Of a stretch of DNA of 64,000 nt, positions 41,046 through 54,070 are shown piece after piece. A program made the translations under genes and the position numbers. Each line of letters begins with the position of its first letter. Within the stretch, counting starts at the first letter, position 1. The notes beneath the pieces are model-generated. The model did not search any database, was not told the origin of the DNA, and was given only the letters and a program-made list of their open reading frames with translations. This stretch comes from Eledone cirrhosa (taxonomy: Eukaryota), in the NCBI GenBank assembly GCA_964016885.1, contig OZ024742.1, forward strand, positions 345,898,001 through 345,962,000, written 5' to 3'.

Positions 41046-41509
41046 TCATGTATGAATACGTTTGTTAGTAGTTTTACTTTCTTTAATATGAGTATGTATA
41101 CGTACATACATATATGTATGCAGACGTACAGTAGTATGTATATACATACATGCACATATATATATATGTACGTATGGGTTTACCGAACATTTATTATAAT
41201 GCTCGGTTTGTTTGTAAACAAACAGCCCGAATTATTAGCCGTACAGTGTTCGGCAACCATCGTTGCCATTTTGTTCAACACTGACAAAGGAACGATGAAC
41301 TAGTTTCTAGTTTATTAGCTGTCAGCAGCACCGCATACCTTCCTGTCAATTGATTGAACGTTTGAAAGTATATACTTTCCTTATGCATATTAACGGCTGA
41401 GTAGCCTAATTTGCATATCGAGTGAGTTAGTCGGCCGGGCGTACCGAAAACGATCCAGATAAATAAACAAGTTTTGTGTTTCGGATACCTAAATATGGAA
41501 TGTTACGCG

Positions 41510-41822
41510 ATGGGGCCCCCCACAGCCTCGGCGGACAGGATAGAGAAGGCGTTCCCGCGGAGGACGGGAAGGGAGACGCACTGGAAAAGCCACTCCAACT
41601 CGCGGGGCTCACACCTGCGGCTGGCCAGCTCAGTGCCTATGGTGGTGAGTAGGGAGGTAGCCCTGGGGCCGAGGACACCAGAAGTCTCCACTGCCAAGGG
41701 TACAACCGCAAACCTGTCGGAGAGCGACCGGTATTTGAAGAGCTTGGCCTCCTCAGCCCGACGTGCAGCAGAACCTGGGTTAGTGGCAGACTGCACCAGG
41801 TTGCGGCTGCAGAAAGTGTCGG
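41510..41822 (-). mobile_element. CRE-like retrotransposon RLE-domain 3' fragment
   Basis: DTFCSRNLVQSATNPGSAARRAEEAKLFKYRSL...PLAVETSGVLGP...WLFQCVSLPVLRGNAFSILSA; homologous to 4010-4310. Confidence 0.85.
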
Positions 41823-42692
41823 TATAAATATTATTATACCTTAATATTATATAAATATTATTATACCTTAATATTATATAAATATTATTATACCTCAATA
41901 TTGTATAAATATTATTATACCTTAATATTGTATAAATATTATTATACCTTAATATTATATAAATATTATTATACCTCAATATTGTATAAATATTATTATA
42001 CCTTAATATTGTATAAATATTATTATACCTTAATATTGTATAAATATTATTATACCATAATATTGTATAAATATTATTATACCTTAATGTTGTATAAATA
42101 TTATTATACCTCAATGTTGTATAAATATTATTATACCTTAATGTTGTATAAATATTATTATACCTCAATGTTGTATAAATATTATTATACCTTAATATTA
42201 TATAAATATTATTATACCTTAATGTTGTATAAATATTATTATACCTCAATGTTGTATAAATATTATTATACCTTAATGTTGTATAAATATTATTATACCT
42301 CAATGTTGTATAAATATTATTATACCTTAATATTATATAAATATTATTATACCTTAATGTTGTATAAATATTATTATACCTCAATGTTGTATAAATATTA
42401 TTATACCTTAATGTTGTATAAATATTATTATACCTCAATATTATATAAATATTATTATACCTTAATGTTGTATAAATATTATTATACTTCAATGTTGTAT
42501 AAATATTATTATACCTTAATATTATATAAATATTATTATACCTTAATGTTGTATAAATATTATTATACCTCAATGTTGTATAAATATTATTATACCTTAA
42601 TGTTGTATAAATATTATTATACCTCAATGTTGTATAAATATTATTATACCTTAATGTTGTATAAATATTATTATACCTCAATATTGTATAAA
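41823..42692. repeat. 27-bp minisatellite, ~32 copies (3 more at 40868-40950)
   Basis: Unit tataaatattattataccttaatattg (9-codon LRYNNIYTI periodicity). Confidence 0.97.
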
Positions 42693-43034
42693 CGATGATC
42701 TGAAAATTTGAATTTTAGTACTTAATGTTTATTGATCTTTTTATGACATCATTGGGTCGAATATTTATTTCGATCTATATTCTGTGATACTTGTTGTTCC
42801 CTTAATAAGTTAATTTTGATGGAGTTTTGATGCATTTTGATTGAGTTTTGATGCATTTGGTAAACTATTTTTAGTTTTTCTCTGAACCTCCAGCCATTTT
42901 AACTATAATTGAACTGACCACCTTTTTAAAGCAAAGAACTCGTGGGTTTTATATGAACATGCGTTGGCTTTGATATCAACACAAGTCAATACATTCGAAT
43001 CCCTTGTATAGGTTTATTTATCTGTTAAACAATG

Positions 43035-43129
43035 CTTACAGAGGACGAATTGTCTTGATTTACTAATTAACTAATTTAGTTATGGTAAATAGTATTTTTT
43101 TCTTTATCCTTCGAAACTGCGGTATAAGC
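43035..43129 (+). ncRNA. Degenerate hammerhead with long stem II insert
   Basis: tgctta-CAGAGGA-cgaa...ttc-GAAA-ctgcgg-TA-taagca; 6-bp stem I, U4>A. Confidence 0.55.
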
Positions 43130-43222
43130 AACTATGATTGGATTTAGTAATTATAATGTAAATAAAATTATGTTTGCTTTAAATGTATATTTGCTTACTT
43201 TACATTATTTTATTAAATATAA

Positions 43223-43424
43223 GGCGGTAAATTGGCAGTATCGGTAGAGGGTTGGACATCATGCTTTGGACGCCATGCTTTGACGCATAGAGTTACGGCC
43301 TTTGCCATTCTGAGTTCAAATCCCGCCTAGGTTAACTTTGCCTTTCATCCTTACGGGGTCGATAAAATAAAGTACCAGTAATGCACTGGGATAATTGCTG
43401 GCCTTGTGCCAAAAGTAGAAACAA
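43223..43424 (+). mobile_element. tRNA-derived SINE with TSD
   Basis: attattttattaaatataa at 43204-43222 and 43424-43442. Confidence 0.92.
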
Positions 43425-43893
43425 TTATTTTATTAAATATAAATATTATTATGCCTCAATAATATTCTGTAAATGATGCTCCGAAATTTTGGATTTTAGC
43501 CTTTAATGTTTAGTGATCTTTTTCTGGATCGAGATAATTTACTTCGATCTATATTTTGTGAAACACATATACCGTATATGTGGTTAAGGGAAATTGGATG
43601 TGATCTACACATGCATATTCATATGTGTGAACAGAAATGTGAATGTACTTATATTTTTTTATTTATTATTGGTTTTGATGTATTTTTTATTTTTGTTTTG
43701 TGATTTGTTGTGGGTTTTTTTAAGTTTAGAATTTTTTGAAATTTACGTTACAAAAGAATTTCATAGACATTCCTACTTCTACAAATAAATGGAGAGACTT
43801 GGCATCAGCACGCCCATTATTATTACTATGTATACTAATATACTCTTGCTTGCCTATCATTTCATATGATACAGATATAAATATATACGTCAC

Positions 43894-44093
43894 NNNNNNN
43901 NNNNNNNNNNNNNNNNNNNNNNNNNNNNNNNNNNNNNNNNNNNNNNNNNNNNNNNNNNNNNNNNNNNNNNNNNNNNNNNNNNNNNNNNNNNNNNNNNNNN
44001 NNNNNNNNNNNNNNNNNNNNNNNNNNNNNNNNNNNNNNNNNNNNNNNNNNNNNNNNNNNNNNNNNNNNNNNNNNNNNNNNNNNNNNNNNNNNN
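43894..44093. other. Assembly gap (200 N)
   Basis: Run of N. Confidence 1.
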
Positions 44094-44122
44094 CATCCTG
44101 GTTCCTTACCACATTTCCTTCG

Positions 44123-44154
<32 letters not shown>

Positions 44155-44236
44155 TAATAATAATAAATGTGTAGACTAAAACCCCCGTTAAGGGTAAAAG
44201 CAGCGATTCTGTCCTTATATATATATATATATATTA

Positions 44237-44294
<58 letters not shown>

Positions 44295-44408
44295 TAAGAG
44301 GAATTCCAACTTTGTCTGATTTACTCGTTTTATTTACAATCCTTTAAAATATATATAATGGTATTATAATGAAATAGTATGATAGAATATTAAATTCTAA
44401 GTGTTAAT

Positions 44409-44448
44409 TGAACAAGTACTTTCATGCTTTCGCAATCCTTCAGGTTCA
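44409..44448 (-). ncRNA. Minimal hammerhead in the Penelope 3' pseudo-LTR
   Basis: tgaac-CTGAAGG-attgc gaaa gcat-GAAA-gtac-TT-gttca; palindromic AGTACT; atypical position 9. Confidence 0.7.
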
Positions 44449-44830
44449 TGATATGTGGTGACAGTCGAGTTTGCAATTTTCAACTGTAATGAGATGGGTA
44501 AATTTCCTACCTTTTATACATTTTTATACAGAGAAAAGTGGCTCCAGAATGCAAAGCCCTGTGAAATGTATTTTGGACCAATCAGTGTGTAGTTTCACTG
44601 AATTACTACAGCTGATTGGTTTAAGCGTCACGGCTGGTTGAGCATGCCAACGACCAATAGTCATATCCAACGTATCAATTGTTTTGCTTTTTGAAGTGAT
44701 GAAAATAGCATTTTCTATTAATCATCATCATCAACATCACTTTTATTATTATTATTATTGTTGTTGTTGTTGTTGTTGTTGTTAGTGGTCGTGGTCATAG
44801 TGGTAGTAGAAGTAATACCCCTAGGCGTTA

Positions 44831-45280
44831 TTATTGTTCATTTAGCTTGGGTTTGAATTTATCAATAAAATTCTTTTCTTTGATTTTTCTCTTGATTTCA
44901 CTTGGGCTGTGTAATTTGTAGAATGGGAATATTATAAATATTCCCTGACCACATGTTGCCAGGTGGCCGCTTAGGGGTATCTGACGGACATTTGGGTCTC
45001 TGATTTGTTGACGGTGTACCCGTGCACGTTCCGATAGTGCATTTCCAGTTTGACCGACATATAGTTCTTCACAATTCGGGCATTTAATGCAGTAAATTAG
45101 ATTTCTGCTTTTGCAGTTCATATTTGCATTTGGGAATATTTTTCCAGTCTTTGTTTTCATATATTGACCGGCGTGTATGGATTGACATGTGCCGCATCGA
45201 TTATCATTGCATTTAGATACAGTGAATGATTGGTCTTTGTTGTTAAGGTCAAACTTTGCTTTTGTTAGTAATTGCTTCAA
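44831..45280 (-). pseudogene. Penelope GIY-YIG endonuclease with Cys-rich linker
   Basis: CNDNRCGTC...NCKSRNLIYCIKCPNCEELYVGQTG...ERARVHR...E..FI..F.P.LN. Confidence 0.92.
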
Positions 45281-46330
45281 ATTTTAATTCTTTACTTTGA
45301 GCAATGATCGGTAGGTTTGCTTTGGCAGTGTTGAAGATATTCTGGTGACATGGGTTGTGTGTCATTATAAATGGTATGACCAGTTCTTGGTTTCTTCTTC
45401 TTTGGGTTGTTCTAAGCTGTTGTATAGGTATTTTTATAGCCCGCTGTATGCCATTTTCTATAAGTAGAGATGGGTATTTTTGTTTGAGCAAAAATTCTCT
45501 TAGTTCTGTTAGGCGTTTGTACCTGGTATTCGTATCTTCTACAATGGTACAAATTCTTCTGGCTAGGCAGTATGGGATGTTGCGTTTTGTATGAGGTGGA
45601 TGGCACGACTTAAAATTCAGATATTGATGGGTGTCTGTGTGTTTATAATATATATCCGTGGTAATGGTGGTGTCGTTTTTTATTATCATTATATCTAGGA
45701 ATGGTAATTTGGTCCTACTCATCTCTTTTGTGAATTGGAGAGATGGGTGTAGGTTATTCAGGAGGATATTGATCTCATCCAGAGTATCTAGAGATTCTGT
45801 CCAGATGATGAAACAGTCGTCAAGGTATCTCTTCCAAGATTTTTCAATGTACTTTCTAAAGTCAGTACTATATTTTTCCTCTATTTCTTGGTAGAGTTGT
45901 TGTTCTAAGTATCCCATTACAGAGTTCGCGTAAACGGGAGCAAACTTCGTTCCCATCGCTGTGTCTCTAATTTGGATGTAATTCTTTCCATTGAAGAAGA
46001 AAGTGTTGTTTTCCAGAATAAGTTTAACTGCGTCTAATATAAATGGCGCTGTGAATCTAATGGGAATCACTTCTCTATGTTTTCCCACCCAGTATTTAAC
46101 CGCCTTTATTCCTAAATCATGTGTAATGTTGGTGTAAAGGCTTACCACATCAAAACTGAGTAGAAGTGAATTCGTTTCCGTGGTTTTGGGAAGATGGGAC
46201 AGGAAGTCGATATCATCCCGGATAAAACTGGGTATGTGAATACATAGTGGTTTCAAAATAATGTCAACAAAATTGCTTAGACGGTGAGTGGGGCATGTTG
46301 GACCAGCTATAATAGGTCTAAGTTTTAAGT
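45249..46330 (-). pseudogene. Penelope reverse transcriptase core and thumb
   Basis: SFDVVSLYTNI, TAMGTKFAPVYAN, RYLDDCF, LPFLD, YYKHT...YL...SCHP. Confidence 0.95.
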
Positions 46331-46372
46331 CTTTTGGGTGTAATAATTTAATGTACTCACTGTTTTGTTCTC

Positions 46373-46966
46373 TTACTGCCAGTTGTATTTCTTTTGATTT
46401 GTGAACTTTCGGTAGGCCAACAGGTTGCTGGGTTTCGGCTCAAAATTGGTGATGTAGTCTCTTTCCTTATCAGTAAATGAGTTGTGGTATTTTGAAGCCA
46501 GGTTGTTGATCTTCTTCATGATGTTGTGGTCTATATTTGACGGTATTTCATGATAGAATGTTGTGTCTTTCAGTTGTTTCTCAACCAAATCCTTGTAGTA
46601 TTCAGTATCCATTATAACAACTGCACCCCCTTTATCTGCTTGTTTAATTATTATTGTTTTATCATTTTGTATACGTTTAAGTGCAGACATTTCTGATTTG
46701 GTAATGTTTGGCCTAACATTAGTATTATGTCTAAGAGGAAATTTAGACAGGATGTCAATGTATTGGTCGAGATAGATATTTCTTCCTTTTGGCGGAGGGA
46801 AATTTGATTTATTCTTTACTAGTGATTCATCACTCTCATTATTTTTATCAGCGAAGAATTCTACAAGACGTAATTTTCGACAGAATTCTTGGGTATCCTC
46901 CTTCAGTTCTTGGTGGTTGATTGTTGGATTCGGTGTGAATTTCAGTCCTTTTGACAGAATTTGCAT
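46373..46966 (-). pseudogene. Penelope ORF N-terminal region
   Basis: LSKGLKFTP, IIIKQADKGGAVVIMD. Confidence 0.9.
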
Positions 46967-47914
46967 TTCATCATTGTCAAGATCTCTTTTAGATAAATTA
47001 ATTATTTTAGGATCTACGTGTACAGCTGTTTTGGGTATGTTTCCTCCTGGAGTTTTTCTTTTTCCTGTTTTTGTTGTCCTGACGTTAAAAAATGAATTTT
47101 TCTCTGTTCAGGATTTATATTCCTGTTGGTGTTCGCTTGATGAACTTTTGGTCGTGATATTATATTTGGTTTCGTTATGTATTTTGTCCTATTTTTGGTA
47201 TTCTGTATATTATTTTTCTTCCTGTTAGCATTATTTTTAACAATCTGGGAAAATGACCTAGGTTTGCTTTCAGGTTTAGATCGTTTTTTCGTCCAGTTTC
47301 TTGTGGGCAATCTCTGTTGAGATCTTGAGAGTGATCTGGTTATTCTACGTTTTGTTTCCACATTCCTTGTTGGTAGTCTCTGTTGAGATCTTGAGAATGA
47401 TCTCCTGGTTTTACTACTTCTCATGGTCTGGTCAAAGGAATACCTATCGTGTTTGTGCTTTTTGTTCATGTTGTGTGCGATAGGGTGTTTTTGTAGAAAA
47501 AGCGAAGAGTTATTACCGTAGTTCTTCTTTGATTCAAGGTAAGGTGAGTGTTTGTGTTGGCACGTGTTCTGGCGTATGTTGTGTTGATGAGATTGTCCAC
47601 TTTTAATGCTTTTTCTCAGGGTTCCAGAGTCTTTACCGTAATTTGCAGCATATTCATCGAGAAATAATTGTTTCTGCTGCCATACCTTTCTTGATTTGTT
47701 TTCTTCTTTTGAGATATCTCTGATCCATAGTTCTCGTAGTTTTTTCAGCTATAATACCAGTCGTTAGCTTTGAAATTTCAACTTCAATTTGGTCATCAAT
47801 AGCTTCATATTACATTATTCTTAGTAAATTTAGTTATTATACCGCGGTTTCGGCCGACAAAGAAATCCACTGGTGTGGATGGGGTGGGGGTAGTGGGACG
47901 GGGTGTATTTTTGT

Positions 47915-47984
<70 letters not shown>

Positions 47985-48142
47985 TTGGTGCTCTGAAATA
48001 GCGATATATATATGAGTGTATATATAGTGTATTTTGCAATACACTGTATGCTTAATTAAAAGCATTTGGAAGATCTTACGCTATTGTTTTAGAGTAGTGA
48101 CAGTCTCACTTACTTTAAATTTTCAGTAAATAGGGGAGATAA

Positions 48143-48187
48143 AGCTGACAGAGCTCTGTTTCGTACTTTTTGGTACTTATCAAAGCT
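48143..48187 (-). ncRNA. Type I hammerhead ribozyme, U3-A8 core
   Basis: agct-TTGATAA-gtac caaaaa gtac-GAAA-cagagctctg-TC-agct; palindromic stem III. Confidence 0.85.
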
Positions 48188-48363
48188 AAGTACTCCACCT
48201 GTTTGCTGAAAATCATGAGTGTTTGTTTCTTATAGAATTCTAGTAATTCTAATTTTTAATTTCTGCTTGACCGGCAACCGCTCTGTATAATCAGTTCCTG
48301 ATTATTACTAGAATTCTATAAGAATCAAACATTCATGATTTTCAGCAAACAGGTGGAGTACTT

Positions 48364-48408
48364 AGCTTCGATAAGTACCAAAAGGTACGAAACAGAGCTC
48401 TGTCAGCT
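48364..48408 (+). ncRNA. Hammerhead copy in the other arm (U4>C)
   Basis: agct-TCGATAA-gtacc aaaa ggtac-GAAA-cagagctctg-TC-agct. Confidence 0.7.
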
Positions 48409-48534
48409 TTAGCTCCCCTGTTTGCTGAACATTTAAAGTAAGTGAGACTGTCACAACTCTAAAACAATAGCATAAGGTCTTCGAAATGCTTTTAATTAAG
48501 CATACAGTGTATTGCAAAATACACTATATATACA

Positions 48535-48633
<99 letters not shown>

Positions 48634-48987
48634 GCGTTCGGCCAACCCCCTGTATCGTGAAAAGAAAATCTTTTTCGGCGAAATTATTGGATTTTTCCAA
48701 ATTTAAAGGTTTCTTAGGAGCTTTCAATGTTTATTTTAGGTTTTGCCGTCTGAAGAGCTCAGGCTATCCTAATTGATAGCCCTCAGTGAAATACGAAGTT
48801 TTAAATAAACCTGAATCAATTGGATATGGCCGCCGATCTTTTATTGATATATAATGCTCTGTCTTGTACGAGTTATACAGGTCGTTGACCGCTTCTTTTT
48901 ATCTACTTCAAAACCGACAGACTATGGTATGATCCAGACATCCGTATTCTGTTAACCCCATACTCTCTCTCTATCTATCTATCTCTT

Positions 48988-49051
<64 letters not shown>

Positions 49052-49194
49052 TCGAAGATTCGGCTGTAGCCAAGCTAGCGGAATACCACCAGGAAGTAAC
49101 AGCCAAGCACTCGATGAGCTGTGTTCAGAGTAATAACATACGTTAGATAGCAGGACAAATTGAAAACTATGGCAGGCAAGTCTAGCCCCAACAC

Positions 49195-50022
49195 CTCAGA
49201 CTCAGACTCAGAAGCTCCAGCGTCTTGCGACGCATGAGGCAATCATAGTATTCCACCGTGTTCGGTCAGCATCCAGTTGCACAGCGTCCCGCCATTGTCT
49301 GTTTGTCGCTCGCAGGTACCTCTCAACTGTCTGGCGCCAGTTCATTTTGGGTCGCCCTCTCCGTCTGCTTCCCTGTGGGTTCCATTTAAGTACTTGGTCC
49401 GCCAGTCTCTCCGGGGGAAGTCTCAAAGCGTGCCCAAACCAGCCCAGGCGTCGCTTGCAGATGGCAGAAGAGACCAGCTGCTGGTTGGTGCGGTTCCTGA
49501 CTTCCTGGTTTGTTACATGGTCACTCCATTTAATCCCCAGGATCTTTCGCAGACACCTGGAATCGAATGCGTCCAACTTCTTCTCTTGGCTGGTCTTAAG
49601 GTGCCATGTTTCACTTCCGTACAAGAGTATGGACAGCACGTTGCTGTTGTAGAATATCATCTTTGTTTTGAGGGTGAACTTCCTGCTCTTCCAGATCTTG
49701 ACAAGCTGGTTAAATGCTGCTGAAGCCTTTCCCATTCTACATTGCAATTCACTGTCCATGGCGCCCCCATTGTCAATGGAGCTTCCTAGGCAGGTGAAGT
49801 TGTCTACCATCTCCACCTCCCCCTTTTCAATGAAAACACTAGTTGGTGATGGGTGTGTCCCAGATAACATGCTTTTGGTCTTCTTAGCACTGATTTTGAG
49901 ACCTAAGCTTCCTGCTTCGACATTGATATTGTTCATAATGATTTGTAGGTCAGCTGTGCTCTCTGCAAGTACAACAATATCGTCCGCAAAGTCCGGGTCA
50001 GACAACTTTCCCTCTCCCACCC
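49195..50022 (-). mobile_element. 5'-truncated RTE-clade LINE (RT C-terminal half)
   Basis: DFADDI, MGKASAAF, VLSILLYGSETW, CLRKILGIKW, RRLGWFGH, GSRRRGRPK; (TCTGAG)3 tail. Confidence 0.92.
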
Positions 50023-50111
50023 AAGATATACACCGAAACAACGAAAATACTTTCAGGTTAAATCCTATCAATTTGAAAGGATATTGTACACAAGCGTGTA
50101 TGTATATATAC

Positions 50112-50196
50112 GGGTTGTAATTGGAAAAAAATGTCTTTAGATAAAAATGACAGGTCCATTCACGTTCACATCTCTTGCAAAACTGTTGGGGCTGGC

Positions 50197-50264
<68 letters not shown>

Positions 50265-50460
50265 AACGAGTAGGACCCCAACGGCTGAGCTCAAGCCGTT
50301 TCGACGGCCAATTCTGGACTCAGAGTCCAGAATTAGCCGTCGAAACGGCTTGAGCTCAGCCGTCGGAGTCCTACTCGTTCCTATTACCCACTCTACTACC
50401 CTAAGTATTGAGTACTTTGGTACGTTATGGTCCATCTGATTCCTCACCACATTTCCTTCG

Positions 50461-50494
<34 letters not shown>

Positions 50495-50581
50495 CGCCAG
50501 CCCCAACAGTTTTGCAAGAGATGTCAACGTGAATGGACATGTTATTTTTATCTAAAGACATTTTTTTCCAATTACAACCCG
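50112..50581. repeat. Nested fold-back: outer ~88-bp inverted arms, (TA)n spacers, inner hairpin
   Basis: 50112-50198 vs 50493-50581; inner 50260-50383 hairpin with ~60-bp arms. Confidence 0.9.
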
Positions 50582-50621
50582 CCCGTCCCCTCAATCTATC
50601 TTATTTCTCATTCTTTCTTCT

Positions 50622-50664
50622 GATTTCTTCTGATGAAGGACTAGCGTCTGAAACGTTAGAAATC
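50622..50664 (+). ncRNA. Minimal hammerhead motif
   Basis: gatttctt-CTGATGA-aggactagcgtct-GAAA-cg-TT-agaaatc; stem I with a bulge. Confidence 0.6.
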
Positions 50665-50783
50665 TCTTCCTGCTATATCAAGCGTTAACTTAACATATCC
50701 CTTCCATGTACTGTACCGATTGTGTTGTTATTTTTGTTCACCTTTTACATACATATTTACATACATATATATATATTTATATT

Positions 50784-50820
<37 letters not shown>

Positions 50821-50967
50821 CTCATGGTAGCTAAGATGCTTCCATAGGCGGTATGCCGGTTTAGCACTCTATGCTCTTACAGAGCAGAGTTTCCGTCGAA
50901 CCTGCGGGTCCAGAATCAGACAGATCCACGCAATGATCGTGTCTCGAGCTGTCCGCCGGCGAAACAA

Positions 50968-51016
50968 TTGTAACACACAATAAATTGAGTTCCGATGCAT
51001 CACTGATTTTTCGTTT

Positions 51017-51066
<50 letters not shown>

Positions 51067-51116
51067 AAACGAAAAATCAGTGATGCATCGGAACTCAATT
51101 TATTGTGTGTTACAAT
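50968..51116. repeat. Fold-back around (TA)n, ~50-bp arms
   Basis: ttgtaacacacaataaattgagttccgatgcatcactgatttttcgtttt mirrored after the TA tract; GAAA-caattg-TA at the left edge. Confidence 0.85.
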
Positions 51117-51119
51117 TTT

Positions 51120-51204
<85 letters not shown>

Positions 51205-51334
51205 ATACTTTGGGAGGGTCATGTTGCCAATAAGAAACACACGCACCAGTTACTTTCACTTCAGTTTATTATATATTTATAAATTTATAAATTTACAAAT
51301 TTACAAACTTATAAATTTCCGGTTGGTTCAGAAA

Positions 51335-51377
<43 letters not shown>

Positions 51378-51489
51378 TATACATATATATATACATATGT
51401 GTGTGTGTTCGGAAAAGGTTGTTTTCGTAAAAACAGGAGTAAGCAGGAGAAAGCTCTCAACAATCGTTGTTTTTAGTTACGGTGGAGAA

Positions 51490-52513
51490 TTTTATAAAAT
51501 AACAAAATAAGATTCTGAGGTTACATATATCGTTTAATCATAATAATTATTATCGAGATGTCCTTCATGCATTTGCTGTTGATTATGAGAACGGTATCCT
51601 CAGATGAAGATCGATATATTTGATATGTCGCTGGCAGGAGAAACACACACCCTAATGCCTGTGTGCCCAGAATACATGTGAGGTCCTTGAAGGGTTTGCC
51701 GGCCGTCGTGTTTGTTAGAAAAAGCTATCAACGAAAAAGACGAAAAGAACGAAGAACTGGGTGTAGCCAAACCCCAGTAGACTGTTGAAGCAATAAATGG
51801 AGCTCTGAGGGAGGGTGGGGTATATATTTTGTTGACATCCACCTATAGTCAAAACAACAACAACAACGACAACGACAACAACAATAATGACAATAACAGC
51901 AAACCGCCGACATATATTGTCCACACTGGTCGCAATTGTTGTAGTGATATAACCACACTACTGATAACGACAACTAAAGCAACAGCTACAGTAAACACAT
52001 ACAACAACAACAACAACAGCAACAGCGACAACAACAGCAAAAACATAGATCAGCGTCGTGTATACAGGCCGCCGCAACAGTCGTAGTGACGGTATCACGC
52101 TGTCGACAATAACAGCAATAACGCGAAAGCAATAAAAAGGAGTTAAGAGGTAGGTGGGTACAGAGTTGGTGGTATCAATCACCATATATAGCAACAACAA
52201 CAATGGTAGCGGCAACAAGCACCAACACCGCCTATCATCCATCCCGTTCGTCGTAGTAGTGGTGGTATAATTTATATTTGTATTAAGCCCATTGGTAACA
52301 CCACCAACAACAACAACAGCAGCACCAGTGATGATCCCAACACGGTGACAGCGGCAACAGCAGCGACATATCAAACATATCGATTTTCGTTTGAGGATAC
52401 CGTTCTCTAACAGCAAATGCATGAAGGACATCTCGATTGCATGAAGAACCGTGGGAATAAGTATGTTGATTAAACGATATATGTAACCTCAGCATCTTAT
52501 TTTATTATTTTAT
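51490..52513. mobile_element. Element with ~140-bp diverged inverted arms and (CAA)-rich interior; degenerate hammerhead-like motif in the arms
   Basis: 51490-51633 vs 52361-52513; composite tcttcat-CTGAGGA...GAAG..catctcgattg-C-atgaaga. Confidence 0.65.
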
Positions 52514-52569
52514 ATATATACACATCAGAGTATATATATACACATATATATATATATACATATATATAC

Positions 52570-52635
<66 letters not shown>

Positions 52636-52643
<8 letters not shown>

Positions 52644-52945
52644 ATACTTTGGGAGGGTCATGTTGCCAATAAGAAACACACGCACCAGTTGCTTTCACTT
52701 CAATTTAATTTATTATATATTTATAAATTTACAAATTTATAAATTTCTGGTTGGTTGGTTGGTTCCACAACCAGATAGTTGTTTATATATATATATAAAC
52801 AACTATCTGGTTGTGGAACCAACCAACCAACCAGAAATTTATAAATTTGTAAATTTATAAATATATAATAAATTAAATTGAAGTGAAAGCAACTGGTGCG
52901 TGTGTTTCTTATTGGCAACATGACCCTCCCAAAGTATAACAATAT
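52636..52945. repeat. Perfect ~310-bp palindrome centred on a short TA run
   Basis: Centre 52790/52791; plus and minus ORF translations are identical over 74 aa; the arm also occurs singly at 51199-51330. Confidence 0.95.
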
Positions 52946-52999
52946 CGGTTTCAACACACGATTTCAGATAAAGAATCTTGCTAAACAAATTCAGAAACG

Positions 53000-53587
<588 letters not shown>

Positions 53588-53773
53588 TTACGTTTGTGTA
53601 CAATATCCTTTCAAATTAATGGGATTCCATTTGGAGTTTTTAACCTACTCTCTACCCGAGAGCTCTAGCCGGTTTTTGCTGACATTCAAAATAATTGATT
53701 AGAAGTAATTTCTATCCACTGAGTGTAAGAATATCTTGCCGCAAAATCTTTACTTTGTTGCAGCTACATGTAT

Positions 53774-53869
<96 letters not shown>

Positions 53870-53959
53870 GGGGGGGTGTAAATATATATATATATATATA
53901 TATATAGTTAAAGAATGAAGAGTAACATGGTTGGCTGTACAATAAGGGCTTTATTTAAA

Positions 53960-54070
53960 GTACTGACAATTGTTTCGTTGATCAGGTGAGTCTAGAGTTC
54001 GCTAATCGCTTGAGGTTGCGTCACTCGATCTCCAATACATTATTTATCTCTGGTCAACACATCACAGTAC
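53960..54070 (-). ncRNA. Degenerate hammerhead with ~60-nt stem II loop
   Basis: gtact-GTGATGT-gttgacc...gatcaac-GAAA-caattg-TC-agtac. Confidence 0.6.

Larger units (their letters stand above)
44290..47800 (-). mobile_element. Near-full-length Penelope-like element (Neptune-type), frameshifted
   Basis: Consecutive minus-strand ORFs for N-terminus, RT and GIY-YIG; 3' UTR with hammerhead; ends at (TA)n. Confidence 0.92.
48011..48540. repeat. Fold-back island: ~245-bp inverted arms, ~45-bp spacer, between (TA)n tracts
   Basis: tatatagtgtattttgcaatacac...ctagtaat (48011-48257) is mirrored by attactag...gcaaaatacactatata (48304-48540), with scattered mismatches. Confidence 0.93.

Noticed and set aside
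41503-42698. 392-aa and 265-aa repeat ORFs
   Set aside because: 27-bp minisatellite that happens to be in frame with a CRE fragment; no start context.
43726-44179. ORFs spanning the N run
   Set aside because: Artefact of the assembly gap.
48747-48800. Hammerhead candidate cgt-CTGAAGA-gct...agt-GAAA-t-acg
   Set aside because: Core and stem II are present but stem III and the cleavage triplet are missing; at best a remnant.
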